A stretch of DNA of 64,000 bases. Origin: an uncultured Methanosarcinales archaeon. GTDB taxonomy: Archaea; Nanobdellota; Nanobdellia; Woesearchaeales; GW2011-AR9. The DNA lies in NCBI GenBank assembly GCA_964344235.1, contig CAYFMJ010000001.1, positions 283,020 through 347,019 on the forward strand. The letters are read 5' to 3'. The translations under genes and the position numbers were made by a program. This document shows positions 1-9,173 of the stretch, piece after piece. Below the pieces are notes generated by a model. It saw only the letters and a list, made by a program, of their open reading frames with translations. It did no database searches and was not told where the DNA came from. Numbering within the stretch: position 1 is the stretch's first letter; the number at the start of each line of letters is the position of its first letter.

Positions 1-878
1 GCGTTATTTTTTGCTTCTGCACTTTCTTTCTCATCTCCTGCTTTCGCGCCAGCATGACCAAACTGCACCTGCCAGGGGAATAACGAGGCAGAGGTTCCAG
101 AGACCCACATGACGAGTGGTTTAGTTATTTTTCCCTGCCGCTTAGCTTCTGCGATTTCATACTCAGCAGTACCGCCGATCTCTCCGAGTGCTATGATAAG
201 TTTAATGTTGGGATTGGCTTCGTAGCGGAGGATATGTTGAAGAAGCGTTGACCCGGGAAATTGGTCACCACCAATAGCAACACCTTCGTAAATTCCATCC
301 GTTGCCCGAGAGATTATGTTGAAGAATTCATTCATCATGCCAGCAGAACGTGAAATTAGGCCAACACTTCCCGGTTTGTACAGATTAGCTCTAAGAATAT
401 TCTCGTTCATTCCACCAGCGTGTCCTATTCTGAATTGACCTGCGACAATCCCTCCAACTGTTGCGGGGCCGATAATTGTTTTGCTATGTTGACTTGCAAG
501 TGCAATCAGCTCTTTACTTTGCCTTTCAGGAATGCCTTCAGCGACAATTGTTATTGTTTGAATTGTTGGCACGAGAATTGCTTCCTTTGATGACTGGAAT
601 GAAGACCTGAATGAAGCGAAGTTAATGAATGATGTTGTGTTGGGGTGTTTTGTTGCGGCAGTTGTTATTGAAGAGTAAACGGGGATGAGGATCTCTTTCT
701 CACCAAAGAATGCTTTGTGATGACCAGTTCTTCCAGGATGAATAATTGCAGAGATGCTTGGGGTTTCTCGTTGTGACAGATAATCAAAATCTAACATTCG
801 CTGAATTGGCTTCGCTTTGAGGTTGTAGAAAAATGTGGTTGTTGTTCTATTGAATAATTCATATGGTTGTAACGTCAT
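1..878 (-). CDS. aclA: ATP-citrate lyase large (alpha) subunit, N-terminal CoA-binding/ligase portion; 5' partial gene that runs off the left edge of the window
   Basis: The minus-strand frame translates as MTLQPYELFNRTTTTFFYNLKAKPIQ...ITIVAEGIPERQSKELIALASQHSKTIIGPATVGG...HAGAKAGDEKESAE. This aligns from memory to the CoA-binding region of human ACLY (IAIIAEGIPE...IIGPATVGG...QFGHAGA). The start ATG (revcomp of 876-878) overlaps the stop of the upstream aclB as ATGA. The remainder lies beyond position 1. Confidence 0.8.
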   Translation of the reverse strand, partial: MTLQPYELFNRTTTTFFYNLKAKPIQRMLDFDYLSQRETPSISAIIHPGRTGHHKAFFGEKEILIPVYSSITTAATKHPNTTSFINFASFRSSFQSSKEAILVPTIQTITIVAEGIPERQSKELIALASQHSKTIIGPATVGGIVAGQFRIGHAGGMNENILRANLYKPGSVGLISRSAGMMNEFFNIISRATDGIYEGVAIGGDQFPGSTLLQHILRYEANPNIKLIIALGEIGGTAEYEIAEAKRQGKITKPLVMWVSGTSASLFPWQVQFGHAGAKAGDEKESAEAKNN

Positions 879-2104
879 GAGAGATCACTCTCCGCTATTT
901 GAATGATTTTGGGCATTGATGTTTCTGGGCCATGCACTTCTATAGGGATCTGTAGGTTTGTGACAGTTTCTTTGATCTGGCGTAAGCCTTGTTCGTAATT
1001 TGGGCCACCTCTTCTGACGAAAATTTTGATATTTTGTTCTTTAAGTTGTTGTGCGTGCTCTTCAATGGCTTGGATAAACCCTTTAAACGTGTCTTTAACA
1101 TCAGTGAAGTTAGCGATACCACCAACGATGAAGAGAATTTTTCCATTATTCTTTAGCATCATGGAAATAATGGATTTTGCATATTCGTATGACTCCTGTG
1201 TTGAGGGGTTACCGCTGGATTCTCCATAATTAGCGATTTGATCCCCCTTGCCAAGATTAGCAATCATATCAAGATAGATAATACTTGCTCCGCCACCTCC
1301 AAGGACGTTCCAAATCGTTCCCTGTTGGTTGAGGACGCTTAGCTTTAACGATGCCCCACTATTTCTATCGAGGTTTTCAATGTATTCTTCTTCTGGAAAT
1401 GGTTGTTTGCCAAACTCTTTTGGAAGTTCGGGGGAGATGTGGTTCTTGAATAATGAACAGCTGTCAATCTCTGCGACAGTGTCAAGTAAGTAAATGGTGT
1501 TTGTTGCTTCTTGTATGGTGAATGGGTTAAATTCAAGATAAGTAAAGTCAAGCGTGCGGAATTGTGAGAGGGCCTCTTTAATGAATGATTGAATTGTTGG
1601 GTTTGTCGTGAGTTGTGATAGGTTGTCTGTTGTTAGTTCAGAGAGTGTTGGTACATAGACCGTTTTCACAGCATCCCAGTTTTCTTCAATATTAATTCCT
1701 CCCGTTTCTGAGAAATGAATTGTGTCGTGATCCCGTTCTGATTTTATTGCAAGATAATATTCTTTGTCATGTGGGATGAATGGTTCGATAATGAAATGGG
1801 TTAATGTGTCGGTTGCTTTATCGATAGTAACTTGTTTGTGTTGGTGTTCTGTGATGAATTGTTTCACTTCTTCGAATGACTTGTTTGCTAGTACAAGTCC
1901 ATATTTGCCTCTCTTGCCAAATAATTGGTCTGGTTTTACAACGAGGTTTGTGCTAAGAAGCCAGGGATGTTGCTCTGGAAGTGAGGCGAGGTTGGTTTCG
2001 GGAGTAATGGCAACTAGTTTAATGGCTAATGTGAAGCAGTTTTGTAGTATGTTTTGGAGAATAATCTGCTTTGCATCGTACTCCCTAATTTTCTTCCTAG
2101 CCAT
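875..2104 (-). CDS. aclB: ATP-citrate lyase small (beta) subunit, ATP-grasp/citryl-CoA synthetase domain
   Basis: 409 aa. It aligns collinearly with the N-terminal ~420 aa of ACLY: VVKPDQLFGKRGKYGLV, FIIEPFIPH, FTYLEFNPF, GASLKLSVLNQQGTIWNVLGGGGASIIY, ANYGESSGNPS, GIANFTDVKDTFKGF and IFVRRGGPNYEQGL are all conserved blocks. Confidence 0.85.
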   Translation of the reverse strand: MARKKIREYDAKQIILQNILQNCFTLAIKLVAITPETNLASLPEQHPWLLSTNLVVKPDQLFGKRGKYGLVLANKSFEEVKQFITEHQHKQVTIDKATDTLTHFIIEPFIPHDKEYYLAIKSERDHDTIHFSETGGINIEENWDAVKTVYVPTLSELTTDNLSQLTTNPTIQSFIKEALSQFRTLDFTYLEFNPFTIQEATNTIYLLDTVAEIDSCSLFKNHISPELPKEFGKQPFPEEEYIENLDRNSGASLKLSVLNQQGTIWNVLGGGGASIIYLDMIANLGKGDQIANYGESSGNPSTQESYEYAKSIISMMLKNNGKILFIVGGIANFTDVKDTFKGFIQAIEEHAQQLKEQNIKIFVRRGGPNYEQGLRQIKETVTNLQIPIEVHGPETSMPKIIQIAESDLS

Positions 2105-2118
2105 AGAGGATTTTTTAG

Positions 2119-2427
2119 ATGGCGTATTTAAATAGATTCTGGAAGAATGTTATGGATTCAGAAAATATTAAAAGAGAAGGGAGTTTGGGCAGTAGAATGG
2201 TTTCAGATATTGAGGCAACAATGGAGATGGTTCTGCCAGTCCTTGTAACAGATGTAATGCAAGCTCTTGAAGAGCAAGGAAAGCATCCAGAAGCGGACTT
2301 TACACAGCGGTTACGGGTGGCGTTGTTACGGGTTGTGCCTAAATATCCAGAGATTGAACAGGACGTTTGGGAACCAGGGAAGAAGCAGGCACTGATTAGT
2401 GAGTTGTGTGAGCTGATTGAATTATAA
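2119..2427 (+). CDS. small hypothetical protein; the true start is probably the second Met at 2152
   Basis: The ORF has a charged, protein-like composition. It ends 11 nt into uppP, suggesting co-transcription. A TATTTAAATA box lies at 2125-2134, downstream of the first ATG but ~22 nt upstream of the Met at 2152. The antisense ORF 2115..2450 is Ser/Cys-rich and looks spurious. Confidence 0.45.
   Translation: MAYLNRFWKNVMDSENIKREGSLGSRMVSDIEATMEMVLPVLVTDVMQALEEQGKHPEADFTQRLRVALLRVVPKYPEIEQDVWEPGKKQALISELCELIEL
2125..2134 (+). promoter_or_regulatory. TATA-box-like element (TATTTAAATA) for the small ORF/uppP transcript
   Basis: It matches the archaeal TATA consensus TTTAWATA. Its spacing to the Met codon at 2152 matches the other promoters in this window. 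Confidence 0.4.
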
Positions 2428-3187
2428 GATGGTTTCGATATTGGAAGCAATCATTTTGGGAATTGTGCAGGGAATAACAGAATGGGTGCCGATAAGTTCT
2501 AGTGGCCATTTGGTGTTGTTTGAAACGTTATTTGGTGTACAGCAACCAATTATTTTTGATGCGGTATTACATCTAGGAAGTTTAGTAGCGGTATTATTTG
2601 TCTTCTGGAAAGATATTATGCGTTTGATTCGAGGTTTTTTCCGATGGGAGAAGTTTTATGTGCGATATGTGTTGTGGTTAGCAATAGCTTCAGTACCGAT
2701 TGCAGTTGTTGGTTTATTGTTTAATACACAGATTAAAGCAGCGTTTCATAACTTAACTGTTGTAGGAATTTCATTTCTGTTTACAGCGTTAGTGTTGTTT
2801 TTATCCCGGTTTGCGCGAAGTAGTGGAAGAAAGTTGGGTTGGCGTTCTGTGATTATGATGGGAATTATGCAAGCATTTGCGTTGCTGCCAGGGGTGTCCC
2901 GTTCAGGAATGACGATTGCGACAGGGTTACGACATGGCGTAAAACAGCAGGACGTGGCTCGGTTTTCGTTTTTATTGTTTATCCCAGCGGTTGTTGGCGC
3001 AACGGTTTTGGAGATTGGGAGTATTGGCGAGGTGACAAACGTCGTTGCATTGGGTGTTGGTACGTTGGTTACAGTTATTGTGGGAATTATCACGTTACAG
3101 TTATTGTTGAACATTATTAAGAATCAGAAATTTCATTATTTTGGTTGGTATTGTTTGGTTTTAGGAATTATAGTGTTGGTTTTGTAA
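2417..3187 (+). CDS. uppP: undecaprenyl/dolichyl-diphosphatase (UppP/BacA family)
   Basis: 256 aa polytopic membrane protein with the family signature GITEWVPISSSGHL near the N-terminus and a second conserved block PGVSRSGMTIATG. Confidence 0.85.
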   Translation: MNYKMVSILEAIILGIVQGITEWVPISSSGHLVLFETLFGVQQPIIFDAVLHLGSLVAVLFVFWKDIMRLIRGFFRWEKFYVRYVLWLAIASVPIAVVGLLFNTQIKAAFHNLTVVGISFLFTALVLFLSRFARSSGRKLGWRSVIMMGIMQAFALLPGVSRSGMTIATGLRHGVKQQDVARFSFLLFIPAVVGATVLEIGSIGEVTNVVALGVGTLVTVIVGIITLQLLLNIIKNQKFHYFGWYCLVLGIIVLVL

Positions 3188-3215
3188 TTGGGCATCTTAC
3201 CTCTCGTGCGCAATC

Positions 3216-3223
3216 TTTAAATA
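3216..3223 (+). promoter_or_regulatory. TATA box (TTTAAATA) for the 3245 gene/aglB operon
   Basis: Its centre lies ~25 nt upstream of the ATG at 3245, giving leaderless-type spacing. Confidence 0.45.
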
Positions 3224-3244
3224 GCAGGGTTTTCTCTTTGTTGT

Positions 3245-3838
3245 ATGGGCAGGAAGAAGCGATTTAAAGTTGATTCTAAGAAGGCTATGGCGTGGTTTGT
3301 CATTTTCATCATGGCTTTTGGGGTTCTCGGTTTAGTTGGCGGGGGACTTGTCGGCTTAGGCAATGGTCAGGATTCTGCATATGGTGTGGAGGAGTATAAC
3401 GGTTTTACGTTTACAAGAGATTATAATCATCAATGGATTGTGGAAGTCAATGGACAGAATTTTGGGTTTAGCTATTTCCCAACAGAATTAGAAAATATTA
3501 TTTTGCCCGAGACAATGTCTGGTGTACTGGGTGCTGAGAAAGTGTATCTTGGTTTTATGCCAGAGGATGAAATCGATGTGACATTGTATCGAAATGTGTT
3601 GCGGTCAGTGCTGGCGTTACGGGGCAAATTTGCTCCCGATGCGTGTATGGTAGATGAGGGGTGTGGTGATCTTCCGCTGCTGGATTGTGAAGTAAGCGAA
3701 GGGATTGTGTTACAGCATAGTGAGGATGTCGTGTTGAGTTCTGAGGGCAAATGCGTGGTTGTTGAAGCACCAAATGCATTTGAGTTGCAGAAAATAACAG
3801 AAAGGATTATATATACGTTTCTTGGTGTGATGAATTAG
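3245..3838 (+). CDS. hypothetical N-terminally membrane-anchored protein immediately upstream of aglB
   Basis: 197 aa. It has a basic N-terminus followed by a single hydrophobic helix (AWFVIFIMAFGVLGLVGGGLVGLG). The rest is acidic/soluble with several Cys. It ends 12 nt before aglB. Confidence 0.5.
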   Translation: MGRKKRFKVDSKKAMAWFVIFIMAFGVLGLVGGGLVGLGNGQDSAYGVEEYNGFTFTRDYNHQWIVEVNGQNFGFSYFPTELENIILPETMSGVLGAEKVYLGFMPEDEIDVTLYRNVLRSVLALRGKFAPDACMVDEGCGDLPLLDCEVSEGIVLQHSEDVVLSSEGKCVVVEAPNAFELQKITERIIYTFLGVMN

Positions 3839-3849
3839 GGTGGTTTTAC

Positions 3850-6624
3850 GTGGATGATTCTGAAATCCGTGAAAAGAGAGAGAAATTAGTACAAAATTTT
3901 AAAGGTTTCTTTAGTTCTGCCAGTGAGAATGAAGCTGATCTTAAAGAACAACGGGAAAAAGTTATAGGTACTCTAAAACAGAAAACACATTGGCTGATTG
4001 GTTTAGTATTGGTAGGAATTATCTGGTTTACTTCAAAGTTGCGATTACAAAACTTACCTCTTCTGAAAGATATTACAACGGGAAAAGAAGTGCCACTGGC
4101 GCTGGATCCACATCTATTTTTGAAATACGCACGGCAAATTGTTGAGAATGGAGCGATGGTTGCACATGATGCTGCACGGTTTGTTCCAGTAGGGACGTCC
4201 ACAGTGAATTATGTGTTTATGAGTTCATTTATTGCGTATTTGTATAAATTTATTCATTTCTTTTTCCCGTCTGTGACGTTGGAATATGTTACAGTTATTT
4301 ATCCTGTTATCTGTTTTGCAATAGCGTTGGGCTTCTTCTTTTTACTTGTGAGAAGATTATTTGATTGGAAAGTGGGTTTGCTAGCAACTCTATTCTTAGG
4401 GGTTGTACCTGCGTTTTTACACAGAACGATGGCTGGTTTCTCTGACCACGAGGCGTTAGGTGTTATGCTGATGTTTATGGCGATGTATTTCTATGTGTTG
4501 GGTTGGCAGGCAAAAGGTATGAAGAAGACACTTGGGTGGGGTGTTTTAGCTGGATTGTTTACAGGTTTCATGGGTCTAACGTGGGGTGGTTGGAAGTTCT
4601 TAATCTTGATCATTAGTATCTTTGTGTTGATTGAATTTTTCTTCGATAAGATTGGGAAAAAAGATGTATATCAATATGTGGCGTGGGTTGTTGCTCTTGT
4701 TCTTGTGACAACAGTGTGGATCCCAATGTTTAGTATTAGTTTATTGTTGAGTTCGTTTACTACGGGGATTGCGTTTTTGGTATTATTTATGTTGTTAGTT
4801 CATTTGGCTATTGTGAAGTATAATGTGTTAAGGATTAAGCAAAAGGTTGCAGGGAAAATGCCATTAAGTGTGGCGACGTTTGTGATTAGTTTTGTGTTGG
4901 GAATTCTGTTACTTGGAGTGATTGTAGGACCAAGTGCGCTTTCTCATAAAGTAGAAGAGATTAGTGACAATTTATTACATCCATTAGGAAATGATCGATG
5001 GCAATTAACGGTAGCGGAACAACACCAACCATATTTCGTTGATTGGGTAGCACAGTTTGGCCCGAACTGGTTCTCTGTGCCGTTGTTCTTAACATTGTTT
5101 ATTGTTGGGTCAGTTATTTTATTTCATGCAATGGTGCGGCGTAATAAGAATAGTTCTTTGTTAACGGGCGCGTATGTGTTATTTATCTTAGCATTTATCT
5201 TAAGTAGACACTCTGCAGGTAGCATATTTAATGGGGAAAGTACGATTTCAAAAGTTGTATACTTAGGAAGTTTAGCTGTGTTTGCATTGCTGGCAGTGAT
5301 ATTTTACTTTAAGTCGTTCTATAAAAACCAAGAAGAGTACGAAAAGATTTTAGCATGGGAGAAGAAGTTTATTTTTGTATTAGTGTGGTTCTTAATTATG
5401 GTAATTGCAGCTCGTGGAGCTGTTCGGTTGTTGTTTATTTTCGCCCCAATTACAGCATTAATGGCGGCGTATGCAGTTGTACGTTTAGGGGAGATGGCGT
5501 GGAATGTTAAGACGCAGGTGTGGAAGTATGTTGCGTTGACCGTTTTAGTGTTGGTTGTATTTAGTCCGTTTGCATTTCCTGCACAGGGAATTGTTCCGCA
5601 ATTTACTGAAACGACGTCATCACAAGCAAAGTTTTCCGGTCCATCGTATAACCAACAGTGGCAGGTAACTGGAAGTTGGGTACGAGAGAATGTTCCTGAA
5701 GATGCGGTGTTTGGTCATTGGTGGGATTATGGGTATTGGGTGCAGAATGGTTTTGGAAAAGCTACAGTATTAGATGGAGCGAATAAAATTAAATATTGGA
5801 ATTATTTGATGGGAAGACATGTTTTAACAGCACAAACACAGGAAGAAGCTCTTGAATTTTTGAAAGTACATGACACGACACACTACTTGATTGTTTCTGA
5901 CGAGATTGGGAAATATACAGCGTACTCAAGCATTGGTTCTGACGAGAATTTTGACCGGTTTAGTTGGATTAATGTCTTTGGGTTGAATCCACAGGGAACG
6001 CAGGAGACTCGTGATAAAACAATTCTCATGTACCAAGGGGGTTATGCTCTTGATGATGATTTTGTCTGGGAGGGAAAAGTATATCCTCGCCAAGGTGCAG
6101 GAATTGGAGCAGTGTTCTTACCGATGCAGCAGGTTGAACAGGTTGTTAATGGTGAAGCCGTTCTTACGGGGACGTTTGAGCAGCCAATGATTGCATTGGT
6201 TCATGGGAATGAAAGAGTTGATTTACCTCTAGAATGTATTTATGTTAATGGGCAGATGATCTACTTTGAGCAGCCAGGATATAACGGTTGTTTCAGACTC
6301 ATGCCAACTTTAGCAGGTGATGGGAGTGTGGAGAATCCAATTGGCGCAGGTTTATTTGTTTCTGAGGAAGGTGTTAAAGCACTGTGGACGAATTTGTATA
6401 TTTTCGAAGGAAATAACCCTCGCTACGATACGTCAGCATTTGAGTTGATATATGGGGAAGATGGAGTTTATGCACCTTTGTCGTTGTATCAGAGTAGGAT
6501 TGTTGGACCTCAGAAGATTTGGCAAATTAATTATCCTGCAGGGTTTACGGTTGATGAAGAGACAACTGCGAAGTATCTTGGTGGGAATGAATTATTGCCA
6601 GGTTATTTCTATGATGTTAATTAG
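3850..6624 (+). CDS. aglB: archaeal oligosaccharyltransferase AglB (STT3 family, GT-C)
   Basis: 924 aa. A polytopic N-terminal half is followed by a soluble C-terminal domain. It carries the hallmark WWDYG motif (GHWWDYGYW) and an archaeal-type DK motif ~60 aa downstream (IVSDEIGKYTAY). Confidence 0.9.
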   Translation: MDDSEIREKREKLVQNFKGFFSSASENEADLKEQREKVIGTLKQKTHWLIGLVLVGIIWFTSKLRLQNLPLLKDITTGKEVPLALDPHLFLKYARQIVENGAMVAHDAARFVPVGTSTVNYVFMSSFIAYLYKFIHFFFPSVTLEYVTVIYPVICFAIALGFFFLLVRRLFDWKVGLLATLFLGVVPAFLHRTMAGFSDHEALGVMLMFMAMYFYVLGWQAKGMKKTLGWGVLAGLFTGFMGLTWGGWKFLILIISIFVLIEFFFDKIGKKDVYQYVAWVVALVLVTTVWIPMFSISLLLSSFTTGIAFLVLFMLLVHLAIVKYNVLRIKQKVAGKMPLSVATFVISFVLGILLLGVIVGPSALSHKVEEISDNLLHPLGNDRWQLTVAEQHQPYFVDWVAQFGPNWFSVPLFLTLFIVGSVILFHAMVRRNKNSSLLTGAYVLFILAFILSRHSAGSIFNGESTISKVVYLGSLAVFALLAVIFYFKSFYKNQEEYEKILAWEKKFIFVLVWFLIMVIAARGAVRLLFIFAPITALMAAYAVVRLGEMAWNVKTQVWKYVALTVLVLVVFSPFAFPAQGIVPQFTETTSSQAKFSGPSYNQQWQVTGSWVRENVPEDAVFGHWWDYGYWVQNGFGKATVLDGANKIKYWNYLMGRHVLTAQTQEEALEFLKVHDTTHYLIVSDEIGKYTAYSSIGSDENFDRFSWINVFGLNPQGTQETRDKTILMYQGGYALDDDFVWEGKVYPRQGAGIGAVFLPMQQVEQVVNGEAVLTGTFEQPMIALVHGNERVDLPLECIYVNGQMIYFEQPGYNGCFRLMPTLAGDGSVENPIGAGLFVSEEGVKALWTNLYIFEGNNPRYDTSAFELIYGEDGVYAPLSLYQSRIVGPQKIWQINYPAGFTVDEETTAKYLGGNELLPGYFYDVN

Positions 6625-6639
6625 AGTTTATTGAGAGAA

Positions 6640-7347
6640 TTATGTTGTTTTCTTCTTCCCTACCACAATTACGTTAAAACACCAGTTGGGGAAGACTTGA
6701 AATGGTTTGAGAAGAAAGTATAGCCATCCGGTGTACTGGGGAAAGAGTTGTGTGAGTTGGAACAAAACAGGTATGGTTGCTGAGAGTCCGTGTTTCGCTT
6801 CGATTGTTTGATGCTTTTCCAGCATTCTATAATATTCCCAAATCGGCCTATCGCCGGGATGGTAGGAAACTTTGGCAGTGCGTAATAATCTCCCGAGAAA
6901 CATGAATGAAAATCGTGATGACAAATGGGCAAGATTAGGAATACTCCAAATCATTTTTCCAGATGGTCTAAGGATACGTGTCAGTTCTTTGACAAGTGTT
7001 TCTTGTTGGTCTAATTGGAAATGTTCTATTACATCCAGGCATAGGATTATATCGAAGCTGTTATCTTCAAAGGAATTGTTGAGGATATCATCTTGCTTCA
7101 CGTATTCTGAGCCATAAAATGCGTCAATACCAATTATGTCGTAGCCTTTGTCTTTGAAGTGTTGAACGAGTAACCCCTGACCGCAACCAGCGTCAAGAAT
7201 TTTTGTGTCTTTTGGCAGTGTGTTAAGAAATGATGTGATGTATTTCATCTTCGCGACGAATGTGTGGCGGTAAGACCATTTCTTGAACGTCCATTGTGGG
7301 TTGATTTTCTTGAGGTGTTCCCCCGAGTAAAGTTTTTCGTAGTTCAT
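6640..7347 (-). CDS. class I SAM-dependent methyltransferase
   Basis: 235 aa. Motif I is ILDAGCGQGLL and the post-I acidic residue is IIGIDAF. It sits 20 nt downstream of the B12-rSAM gene on the same strand. Confidence 0.75.
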   Translation of the reverse strand: MNYEKLYSGEHLKKINPQWTFKKWSYRHTFVAKMKYITSFLNTLPKDTKILDAGCGQGLLVQHFKDKGYDIIGIDAFYGSEYVKQDDILNNSFEDNSFDIILCLDVIEHFQLDQQETLVKELTRILRPSGKMIWSIPNLAHLSSRFSFMFLGRLLRTAKVSYHPGDRPIWEYYRMLEKHQTIEAKHGLSATIPVLFQLTQLFPQYTGWLYFLLKPFQVFPNWCFNVIVVGKKKTT

Positions 7348-7366
7348 TGTGTTTGTAGAATAAAAT

Positions 7367-9079
7367 TCACTTCTCCTCGCTTAATACGTTAATTTGCGTG
7401 CCGGGAAGAACACCTTTGTTTTGTTTGTGGATGGAGTAGTTTTTTCGAAGAAAGTTGTATATGTGCTTTCCGAGACGCGTTCCCATAGCGATACCTCGTA
7501 ATTTTATGTACCGATCGTTATCTCGGGCAATCCAGTAGATTAGGGTGCCCAGTTTCTTGCCAAACCGATATTGTAAAAATGATTTGTTGAACACTGCACG
7601 GCCTTTCTTTAATGCTTTCACCCGCTCTTTGAAACGGAATTCTCGTGTTTCATAGACTGGCTGGCCGATTTTTGTGGTGGTGTCTTTCAGGTACTCCTCT
7701 GGTTGCCGTAAGAAGCGGGCGCGTCCAGTTTTTTCTTGTTCTCGAATCCATTTATACACATCTGTTCCAGGATAGGGGATCATGTTTGAGAACATTGCAT
7801 AGTCGCAGGTTTTGAGGATTTTCTTCGCAAATTTCACGGAATCGAGCGCTCGTTCATAGGTTTCTTCAGGATGGCCAACAATAAAGTTAACAGCATGTTT
7901 CAAGCCAACTTTCTTTGTTAGGGCAGATGTTTCTTCAATTTTTTTGAGTGTGGTTGCTTTCTTAATTGTTTTAAGAATGTAGGGGTTACCTGTCTCTAAC
8001 CCATAGGAAACGAAGACGCAACCCGCTTGTTTCATTAATGTAAGGAGTTCTTCATCAACCCTGTCTGCTCGAATGCCGTTTGCACAGTTCCAGTCAAACC
8101 TCATGCCGCTATCGATAATCATGCGGCAGACTTGTTTTGCTCGCTTAATGTCCATGGTAAAGACATCATCAACGAATTCAAAGAACCTGTATCCTTTATC
8201 GTACCAATGCTTGATCTCCGCTAAAATGTGGTCTGGTCCTCGTGGCCGGAAGGCTTGTCCCATACTTACTTTTACGTCGCAAAATGTACAACTATACGGA
8301 CAACCCCGTGAAGTTTCGATCGGGAGCCGCTTATCTACGTAGTGAATATACTTTGGAAGTTCAAATTTCTCATACGCAGGGTAGGGAAGTTCGTCCAGTT
8401 GCCAGTTTAATTTTCTAATTTGGTTTTCAATAATTTGCCCTTTGCCATCTCTCCAAATTAGACTTTTAATTTTGCCTAGTGGCCAGCCTGCACAAAGTTG
8501 GAAGAGAGGGATTTCTCCATCTCTTGTGATGCCGAAGTCAGCATTGGTTTTTTCCAGTGCTTCTCCTTTAACTGTTGAGATGTGGGCTCCACCAAGAATT
8601 AATGGGAGTTTGGTTCTTGTTTTAATTTCATTAATGACTTTATAGGTTCGCACGAAGTCGAAGCTAAACATTGTTACGCCAATAAGATCGGCTTTGAACT
8701 CTTCAGCTTTCTTTACAATGTCATCGATGTTGTAGCCAAGTTGTTGATCGATGACTGCGGTTTCAAAACCTTCGCGATCAAGATAGGCCATTAACATTGC
8801 TATCCCTAAATGGGGATTGAGTGCTTTTCCATACGCGGCAGAAACGTTAGTAACAACGAAGAGAATCCTGTTAAAACGGCGTTTGTACTCCGGACGTTTA
8901 ACATCTTCTTCGTTCTGTGGAACGTATTGTGATTTGATTTTTTCTTGCGCTGCTTTGATTTTCTCAAGAATTGCTTCTTTTTCAGAATCTGGTTTGTTTG
9001 AACTAGGGATTCCGGTGAGGTTTTCTGTAGAAGAATCTTGTGGTACAGTTGCTGTTTCTGGAGGAGTCATGAGAATCAC
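7367..9079 (-). CDS. B12-binding (cobalamin) radical SAM enzyme, class B
   Basis: 570 aa. The N-terminal B12-binding Rossmann-like region reads ILFVVTNVSAAYG...GIAMLMAYLDREGF. The radical SAM cysteine triad is CPYSCTFC. Confidence 0.8.
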   Translation of the reverse strand: MILMTPPETATVPQDSSTENLTGIPSSNKPDSEKEAILEKIKAAQEKIKSQYVPQNEEDVKRPEYKRRFNRILFVVTNVSAAYGKALNPHLGIAMLMAYLDREGFETAVIDQQLGYNIDDIVKKAEEFKADLIGVTMFSFDFVRTYKVINEIKTRTKLPLILGGAHISTVKGEALEKTNADFGITRDGEIPLFQLCAGWPLGKIKSLIWRDGKGQIIENQIRKLNWQLDELPYPAYEKFELPKYIHYVDKRLPIETSRGCPYSCTFCDVKVSMGQAFRPRGPDHILAEIKHWYDKGYRFFEFVDDVFTMDIKRAKQVCRMIIDSGMRFDWNCANGIRADRVDEELLTLMKQAGCVFVSYGLETGNPYILKTIKKATTLKKIEETSALTKKVGLKHAVNFIVGHPEETYERALDSVKFAKKILKTCDYAMFSNMIPYPGTDVYKWIREQEKTGRARFLRQPEEYLKDTTTKIGQPVYETREFRFKERVKALKKGRAVFNKSFLQYRFGKKLGTLIYWIARDNDRYIKLRGIAMGTRLGKHIYNFLRKNYSIHKQNKGVLPGTQINVLSEEK

Positions 9080-9146
9080 ACCTATTGATTACGAATTATG
9101 GTTTAACCCACCTATTTTGTTGTGTGGAAGCTCGGTGTTTAGACCG

Positions 9147-9154
9147 TTTAAATA
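9147..9154 (+). promoter_or_regulatory. TATA box (TTTAAATA) for the ferredoxin gene
   Basis: Its centre lies ~23 nt upstream of the ATG at 9174. Confidence 0.4.
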
Positions 9155-9173
9155 GTTTACGGATGTTTTTTTA

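Noticed and set aside
2115-2450. 111-aa minus-strand ORF antisense to the small + ORF and the uppP start
   Set aside because: Ser/Cys/Thr-rich low-complexity translation with no promoter element. The + strand ORF has protein-like composition, a TATA box, and overlaps uppP in operon fashion.
2746-3120. Two ORFs (122 aa on the minus strand; 93 aa on the plus strand in another frame) inside uppP
   Set aside because: They are embedded in a gene with strong family motifs. Their translations are Cys/Trp/Arg-rich, typical of out-of-frame reading.
8073-9155. Several 67-112 aa + strand ORFs opposite the B12-rSAM gene
   Set aside because: They are antisense to a gene with clear rSAM and B12 motifs, and have low-complexity Ser/Leu/Pro translations.
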